The position numbers and the translations under genes were made by a program. Positions 36,418 through 42,457 of a DNA stretch of 42,457 nucleotides are shown in pieces. The stretch is taken from the sequence record DRR723986_793; one strand, 5' to 3'. The notes beneath the pieces are model-generated. The model was not told the origin of the DNA and searched no databases. It saw only the letters and a list, made by a program, of their open reading frames with translations. How positions within the stretch are numbered: position 1 is the stretch's first letter; each line of letters opens with the position of its first letter.

Positions 36418-36967
36418 ACAGCTGGACGCAGAAGAAGTTTCCCGCGTCCTCGGCGGCAAAGAAATCCCGGCTTTCTCGCCCGGCGACACGCTGGCCGTGA
36501 ACGTCCGCATTACGGAAGGCGACCGAGAGCGCGTGCAACGTTTTGAAGGCGTTTGCATTGCTCGTTCGGGCGCTGGCGTGAACGAGAGCTTCACGGTCCG
36601 CAAGATCTCTTTCGGTGAAGGTGTGGAACGTGTGTTCCCGCTGGTTTCGCCGATGATCGAGTCGATCGAAGTGAAGCGTAAGGGCCGCGTTCGCCGCGCC
36701 AAGCTCTACTATCTGCGCGGTCTGCGCGGTAAGGGTGCCCGTATCGCTGAGCGGACCACCGGCCACGGCATCGAGCAGGTCGAGATTGCTGTCTCGAAAA
36801 CCGAGCGCCGCCGCCAGAAGGACGCCGAAAAGGTTGCCCGCAAGGAAGCCGCTGCAAAAGAGCGCGAAGCTGCTGCCAAGGCGAAAGCTGAAGCAGAGGC
36901 CGCTGCTGCCGCAGCCGCCGAAGCTGACGCCGCTGCAGAAGCTGCAGAGGGCGGCGCTGAGGAATAG
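36404..36967 (+). CDS. rplS: 50S ribosomal protein L19
   Basis: [33 protein letters not shown] and [12 protein letters not shown] motifs; Ala/Glu-rich tail. Confidence 0.97.
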   Translation: MNIIEQLDAEEVSRVLGGKEIPAFSPGDTLAVNVRITEGDRERVQRFEGVCIARSGAGVNESFTVRKISFGEGVERVFPLVSPMIESIEVKRKGRVRRAKLYYLRGLRGKGARIAERTTGHGIEQVEIAVSKTERRRQKDAEKVARKEAAAKEREAAAKAKAEAEAAAAAAAEADAAAEAAEGGAEE

Positions 36968-37003
36968 TCCTCTTCTGCCCCAGATCTGCTATTGGCACAT
37001 GAC

Positions 37004-37039
37004 AAGCGCCCCTGCCGAAAGGCGGGGGCGTTTTCATTT
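37004..37039 (+). terminator. Intrinsic terminator after rplS
   Basis: AAGCGCCCCTGCC-GAAA-GGCGGGGGCGTTT followed by TCATTT. Confidence 0.85.
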
Positions 37040-37045
37040 CAGGGG

Positions 37046-37957
37046 TCAATGGAAGCCGAGACTCGCCTTCGCATGGGCAGACATGTCGGTGACGAGGCGG
37101 TCGAAGACGAGCCGCATGCGGCGATTGCCGCGCAGGTCCTCATGCATCGTGATCCACGTCTCCAGAAAAAAACTCATTTCTTCCGGGAAGAGGCGGACGA
37201 GGTCCGGACAACTCCGGGCGAGGTTCGTCTGGCAGATGCCGATGCCGAAGCCCGCGCGGATCGCGGAGAGCTGGGCGACGTCGTTGTCCGTGCGAAAGGC
37301 GAAAATCTCCCGCTTCAGCGGCATGCCGATGTTCTGCAGCGCCTGAAGGCCCGCCGTCTGCCGGTCGAAGCCGACAATGGCATGGTCCTGCAGGGCGTCG
37401 ATGGACTCGGGACGCCCGCGCCGGGCGAGATAATCCTTGTGGGCATACATGGCGAGCTGGATATCTCCCGCCTTCTGCGCCACCAGCGCGCCCTGAGCAG
37501 GCCGGACCATGCGCACAGCGATATCGGCATCGCGGCGGAGCAGGTCTGACGTTTCGTTCGTCGCGACGAGCTCGAAGTCGATTCCGGGATGATCTGCCGC
37601 GATGCGGGTGAGCATGGGCGGCAGGACTTCCACGCCGATGATCTGGCTCGCACTCAGGCGCACGGCGCCGGCAATGTCCCCGTCAGCGCCTGAGGCGGCC
37701 CGTAACATGGCCGCGGCGGAGGCTTCCATGGCCAGCGCATGCGGCACGAGCGAGCCGGCAAGATCCGTCGGGGAAAGGCCATGCGGAGACCGGATGAACA
37801 GGGCGCCACCATCAAGCGCCTCTTCCAGCAGGGTGATGTGGCGGGCGACGGTGGGCTGGGTCAGGCCGCTGGCCCGGGCCGCCGCCGACAGGCTGCCGGT
37901 GCGCCAGACACCGAGGAAAGACCGGCAATGGTCCCAGGAGAGGGAGATTTGTTCCAC
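37046..37957 (-). CDS. LysR family transcriptional regulator
   Basis: GSLSAAARASGLTQPTVARHI..LE HTH and DLLRRDADIAVR. Start set at GTG 37957; divergent from the epimerase. Confidence 0.92.
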   Translation of the reverse strand: MEQISLSWDHCRSFLGVWRTGSLSAAARASGLTQPTVARHITLLEEALDGGALFIRSPHGLSPTDLAGSLVPHALAMEASAAAMLRAASGADGDIAGAVRLSASQIIGVEVLPPMLTRIAADHPGIDFELVATNETSDLLRRDADIAVRMVRPAQGALVAQKAGDIQLAMYAHKDYLARRGRPESIDALQDHAIVGFDRQTAGLQALQNIGMPLKREIFAFRTDNDVAQLSAIRAGFGIGICQTNLARSCPDLVRLFPEEMSFFLETWITMHEDLRGNRRMRLVFDRLVTDMSAHAKASLGFH

Positions 37958-38048
37958 TATTTTTCTATAGCTAATGCAGAAATTATCGCAATTTTCTTTA
38001 GTATGGATCGTGGGCATTTTTGTGGAACAGACGCAAAGGAGATGTCCC

Positions 38049-39053
38049 ATGAACCGCTCACGCACAGCTCTCGTCCTCGGCGCCACAGGCGGGGCGGGGT
38101 TTGAGATTGCCGAAGCCCTCCGCCGCCGGGGCTGGCAGATCCGGGCGCTCAGCCGCCGTCCGGATTATGGCCAGACGCTGCTGTCCTATGCCGACTGGCT
38201 GAAGGGCGATGCGATGAATGCGGCCGACGTGGCTGAAGCCGCCATCAATACCGACCTGATCGTTCATGCCGTGAACCCGCCGGGCTACCGGAACTGGCGC
38301 GGTCTTGCCCTGCCGATGCTGGACGATACGATCGCCGCCGCGAAGGCCTCGGGCGCGCGGATCATGTTTCCGGGCACAGTCTATAATTACGGGCCGGATG
38401 CCTTCCCGTTGCTCAAGGAAACCGATCCGCAAAACCCGCGCACCCGCAAAGGTGCGATCCGGGTGGAGATGGAAGAGCGACTGGAACGGGCCGCCGGGCA
38501 GGGGACGCGGGTGCTGATCGTGCGGGCCGGCGACTTTTTCGGGCCGCACAGCACAGGCAATTCCTGGTTCTCCAGCGCAATCGTCAAGCCGGGCAAGCCG
38601 GTGAAGTCGCTCACCTGGCCTGGCCGGAAAGGCATCGGCCATGCCTGGGCCTACCTGCCGGATTATGGCGAGACCGTCGCCCGGCTGATCGACAAGGATA
38701 CCGAGTTCTCGGCTTTCGAAATCTTCCATTTCGGTGGCCATTGGTTCGAAGACGGACACGACTTTGCAGACAAGATCCGCCGCGCGGCCGGGGCACCGGA
38801 TGCGCCCGTCCGGGCCTTGCCATGGCTGGTCGTGAAAGCTTTGTCGCCCGTCGTGCGCCTCTTCCGGGAACTGGCAGAGATGAAATATCTCTGGGACGTG
38901 CCGGTGCGCCTCGACAATACGAAACTGGTGCAGCGGCTTGGCGCCGAACCGCATACTCCAATCCGCGCGGCCTTGCACACGACGCTCGATGCAATGGGGT
39001 GCCTTCCCGAAACGATCCGGAGACAGAGCGAACTCAACTTAAGGGATTGTTGA
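38049..39053 (+). CDS. NAD-dependent epimerase/dehydratase (atypical SDR) family protein
   Basis: ALVLGATGGAG Rossmann motif; HAVNPPGY, PGTVYNYG, RAGDFFG and HAWAYLPD. AAGGAG SD upstream. Confidence 0.9.
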   Translation: MNRSRTALVLGATGGAGFEIAEALRRRGWQIRALSRRPDYGQTLLSYADWLKGDAMNAADVAEAAINTDLIVHAVNPPGYRNWRGLALPMLDDTIAAAKASGARIMFPGTVYNYGPDAFPLLKETDPQNPRTRKGAIRVEMEERLERAAGQGTRVLIVRAGDFFGPHSTGNSWFSSAIVKPGKPVKSLTWPGRKGIGHAWAYLPDYGETVARLIDKDTEFSAFEIFHFGGHWFEDGHDFADKIRRAAGAPDAPVRALPWLVVKALSPVVRLFRELAEMKYLWDVPVRLDNTKLVQRLGAEPHTPIRAALHTTLDAMGCLPETIRRQSELNLRDC

Positions 39054-39095
39054 TGGGTCTATGGTCTTCTGCCTTGGGTGGAGGAGTGTCGGACG

Positions 39096-41108
39096 ATGAC
39101 CGGTCGCGGCAAGCTTGAATTGCTGATGGGGGTGCTGAACCTCCTGCCCAATCCTGTTTCCATCAAGAATGCGAACCATGACTGGGTTGAGGTCAACGAT
39201 GCGTTCTGCCGGTTTGTCGGTCTGTCGCGCGAAGACCTGACCGGCCGTCCGGAGCATGAAGTCTTCCCGAAGGAACAGGCCGATATCTTCCGGGAAATCG
39301 ATGATCGTGTGTTGAAAACCCGTACACAGATTGTGAGTATGGAGCAAATCTCCAATGCCGCTGGAGAAGCGCGTTGGGTCGAATCTTCCAAATCCTTTTT
39401 CGAAGATGCTGTCGGCAACGCCTTTGTCGTGAGCATCCTGACGGATTTCACGGAATTGAAGAACCAGGAAACAGTGCTGGAAGACGCCCGCAAGACAGCG
39501 CTGAATGCATCAAAGTCGAAAACGGAATTCCTGGCCAATATGAGCCATGAAATCCGTACCCCAATGAATGGCGTCCTCGGCATGTCGCAGGTCCTGCGCA
39601 GGACAACGCTGGATGAAGATCAGGTCGAGATCGTCGAAATGATCGAACGGTCCGGCGAAGCCCTGCTGACTGTGATCAACGACATTCTCGACTTTTCCAA
39701 GATCGAGGCCGGGAAGCTGGCGATCGATTCAGAACCTTTCTCCCTTCCTTCCGTGCTGGACGATGTTGCCGCGCTGCTCGGCTCCGGCGCCAACGAGAAG
39801 GGGATCGAGCTGATCACCGACATCAGCCGCGAGGTGCCCGATGAAGTGGTCGGCGATGCGGGCCGGATCCGCCAGATCCTGACCAATCTTGTCGGCAACG
39901 CGATCAAGTTCACGACCGAAGGCCATGTCCTCGTCCGTATCTCCGGGTCCGGTGAGAATGGGTATGCCCATCTGGCGATCACGGTGGACGATACCGGCAT
40001 CGGCATTCCGGAAGACAAGCTGGAAACCGTGTTCCACCAGTTCGAACAGGCGGATGCCTCCGCCACGCGCCGCTTTGGCGGCACAGGCCTTGGCCTTTCG
40101 ATCTGCCGCAGCCTGGTGGAGGCCATGGCCGGGCAGATCGGTGTGACCTCGACCTTCGGTGTCGGGTCTACTTTCCGCGTCGAGCTGACGCTGCCGATTG
40201 CCGATGATGAGCCACGCCTTTTCCTGGAGCCGGTGGAGCGGCCGGACCTCGGTCATGTGCATGCGCTGGTGATCGACGATATTTCGCTGAACTGCCGGAT
40301 CTCGGCCAGCCAGCTTGCTCTTTACGGTATCCGGTCTGACCATGAGACCGATCCGCGCCAAGGCCTGCGGCGCCTTGCCGACGCGCACAATCGCCGGGAA
40401 CCTTATGACCTTCTGGTGCTGGACTATCAGATGCCCGGGATCGATGGCCTGCGTGTCGCAAGAATGATCCGCTCCAAGCCGGCCTTCAATCGATTGAAGA
40501 TCGTGGTCGTGTCCTCGGTGGATTCCCAGGAGGCGAAAGACGCTTTCCTGGAAGCGGGGGTGAACGCATTCCTGGTCAAGCCCTTGCGCAGCGGTGCGCT
40601 GGGCGAGGCGGTCAGCGCCGTGATCGGCAAGGCCCCAAGGCCCGCCCCGGTGAAAACGCCAAAGCCGAAGCCTGTGGCGGGGCCCATGCCAACGCGCGCG
40701 CCGGCCCGCGCCTCTGCAGGGCGCATCCTGATTGCCGAGGACAATGAGGTGAACCAGCGGGTGATGGCCGGACTGCTGAACGGGTCCGGCTATGAGCTGC
40801 ACTTCGCGGTGAATGGGGAGATCGCCGTCGACCTCTTCCGCCAGAACGCCTACGCCCTTGTGCTCATGGATGTGTCGATGCCGGTCATGGACGGATTGGC
40901 GGCGACAAGGGTGATCCGCGATTTCGAGGCATCCGGAGGCCGCTCCCCGACGCCGATTATTGCCGTCACGGCCCACGCGATGACGGAGGAGCGGCGGGAT
41001 TTCCTGTCCCGCGGGGTGGATGCGGTTCTGACCAAGCCGGTCGACAAGGCCGAATTGCTGGAAGCGGTACAGGAATGGAGCGGGCGGCCTGTCCGCCGGG
41101 TTGCCTGA
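39096..41108 (+). CDS. Cytoplasmic hybrid sensor histidine kinase (PAS-HisKA-HATPase-REC-REC)
   Basis: FLANMSHEIRTPMNG H-box; NLVGNAIKFT, DTGIGI and GGTGLGL; two receivers (LDYQMP, LMDVSMP). No TM helix. GAGGAG SD upstream. Confidence 0.93.
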   Translation: MTGRGKLELLMGVLNLLPNPVSIKNANHDWVEVNDAFCRFVGLSREDLTGRPEHEVFPKEQADIFREIDDRVLKTRTQIVSMEQISNAAGEARWVESSKSFFEDAVGNAFVVSILTDFTELKNQETVLEDARKTALNASKSKTEFLANMSHEIRTPMNGVLGMSQVLRRTTLDEDQVEIVEMIERSGEALLTVINDILDFSKIEAGKLAIDSEPFSLPSVLDDVAALLGSGANEKGIELITDISREVPDEVVGDAGRIRQILTNLVGNAIKFTTEGHVLVRISGSGENGYAHLAITVDDTGIGIPEDKLETVFHQFEQADASATRRFGGTGLGLSICRSLVEAMAGQIGVTSTFGVGSTFRVELTLPIADDEPRLFLEPVERPDLGHVHALVIDDISLNCRISASQLALYGIRSDHETDPRQGLRRLADAHNRREPYDLLVLDYQMPGIDGLRVARMIRSKPAFNRLKIVVVSSVDSQEAKDAFLEAGVNAFLVKPLRSGALGEAVSAVIGKAPRPAPVKTPKPKPVAGPMPTRAPARASAGRILIAEDNEVNQRVMAGLLNGSGYELHFAVNGEIAVDLFRQNAYALVLMDVSMPVMDGLAATRVIRDFEASGGRSPTPIIAVTAHAMTEERRDFLSRGVDAVLTKPVDKAELLEAVQEWSGRPVRRVA

Positions 41109-41212
41109 ACTGCCATCTGACACATTGACGCGATGCCTTGTGTGTTGCACGAGACGCGCTGGCGCGCGCGTTTACGCGCAATATTTTTCTACAAGCAGGG
41201 ATTTTCCGGCCC

Positions 41213-42457
41213 ATGGCAGGCAAGACACTCTACGACAAGATTTGGGATGCGCATCTGGTGCACACCGATGAGGCGTCGGGGGAAAGCCTACTCTATATCG
41301 ACCTGCACCTGATCCACGAAGTGACCACGCCCCAGGCCTTTGCCGGGCTGAAAGCCGCTGGGCGCGGCGTGCGCCGTCCGGATCTGACGCTCGCCACGCC
41401 GGACCACAACACGCCAACCGAAAACCAGGCGGCCGGCCTTGCCGGGGTGAAAGACCCGGAAGCGCGCAACCAGCTCGAAACGCTGATGCGCAATGTGGAA
41501 GAGTACAAGATCGAGATCTTCCCGATGGGCGATATCCGAAATGGCATCGTCCACGTGATCGGGCCGGAGCAGGGCCGCACCCAGCCGGGCATGACGATTG
41601 TCTGCGGCGACAGCCACACTTCCACGCATGGTGCGTTCGGCGCGCTGGCGCACGGGATCGGTACGTCCGAAGTGGAACACGTTCTGGCAACGCAAACGCT
41701 TCGTGCCCGGAAGATGCAGAACATGGCGATTGAAGTGACCGGCAAGCTGAAACCGGGCGTGACTGCGAAGGACCTTGCCCTGCACATCATTGCCCAGATC
41801 GGCACGGCCGGCGGCACGGGCTGCGTGATGGAGTATCGCGGCGAAGCAATCCGTGACTTGAGCATGGAAGGGCGCATGACACTGTGCAATTTGTCCATTG
41901 AGGGCGGAGCGCGCGCAGGTCTCGTCGCGCCGGACGATAAGACGTTCGCCTATATCAAGGGTCGCCCATCCGCGCCGAAGGGCGGGGCATGGGAAGTGGC
42001 CGAAAGCTTCTGGAAGACGCTCTATACGGATGAAGACGCCGTGTTCGACCATATCGTCGAGATCGATGCCGAAAATGTCGAGCCCACCGTTACCTGGGGC
42101 ACCAGCCCGGAGCAAGGCATTCCGGTCTCCGGTATCATTCCGAAGCCGGAGGATTTCTCCGATCCGGTGAAAGCCGCCGCCTGTGAGCGAGCGCTGGCCT
42201 ATATGGGTCTTGAAGGCGGAGTGCCGATCGCAGGCACGCCGGTGCAGCGCGTTTTTATCGGCTCCTGCACCAATTCTCGAATTGAGGACCTGCGTGCGGC
42301 GGCAGAAGTCGCTAAGGGCAATCATGTTGCCGAAGGCGTGCGTGCCATGGTCGTGCCGGGCTCCGGCCTCGTCCGTGCGCAGGCGGAGGAAGAAGGCCTC
42401 GACCAGATCCTGATCGAAGCAGGTTTCGAGTGGCGCGAGCCGGGCTGTTCCATGTGC
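41213..42457 (+). CDS. leuC: 3-isopropylmalate dehydratase large subunit (3' end runs off the window)
   Basis: Manual translation: [16 protein letters not shown]...[49 protein letters not shown]. Confidence 0.97.
   Translation, partial: MAGKTLYDKIWDAHLVHTDEASGESLLYIDLHLIHEVTTPQAFAGLKAAGRGVRRPDLTLATPDHNTPTENQAAGLAGVKDPEARNQLETLMRNVEEYKIEIFPMGDIRNGIVHVIGPEQGRTQPGMTIVCGDSHTSTHGAFGALAHGIGTSEVEHVLATQTLRARKMQNMAIEVTGKLKPGVTAKDLALHIIAQIGTAGGTGCVMEYRGEAIRDLSMEGRMTLCNLSIEGGARAGLVAPDDKTFAYIKGRPSAPKGGAWEVAESFWKTLYTDEDAVFDHIVEIDAENVEPTVTWGTSPEQGIPVSGIIPKPEDFSDPVKAAACERALAYMGLEGGVPIAGTPVQRVFIGSCTNSRIEDLRAAAEVAKGNHVAEGVRAMVVPGSGLVRAQAEEEGLDQILIEAGFEWREPGCSMC

Overview
GC-rich alphaproteobacterial chromosome segment. 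Gene order and proteins suggest a Hyphomonas-like member of the Caulobacterales/Hyphomonadaceae (inferred, not confirmed). The window spans the probable replication origin, between hemE and the PDRP-maf-aroE-coaE-dnaQ operon, marked by CtrA boxes, a DnaA box and a dense GANTC cluster. It continues through mostly housekeeping genes: secB, Tim44-mltA-smr, trcR-like, rcdA, ppa, hsp20, gpmA, ffh-rpsP-rimM...trmD-rplS and leuC. Cis-RNAs are a yybP-ykoY Mn2+ riboswitch, a ROSE-like thermometer and an ffh leader hairpin. The most unexplained element is a ~560-bp non-coding region (8836-9400) between smr and the DUF1013 gene. It folds by eye into a large multi-helix RNA whose G-U wobble bias points to the minus strand. 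Also notable are two secreted beta/gamma-crystallin proteins flanking rimM and a stand-alone RibD-like deaminase. No CRISPR array, tRNA, rRNA or transposase gene was seen.
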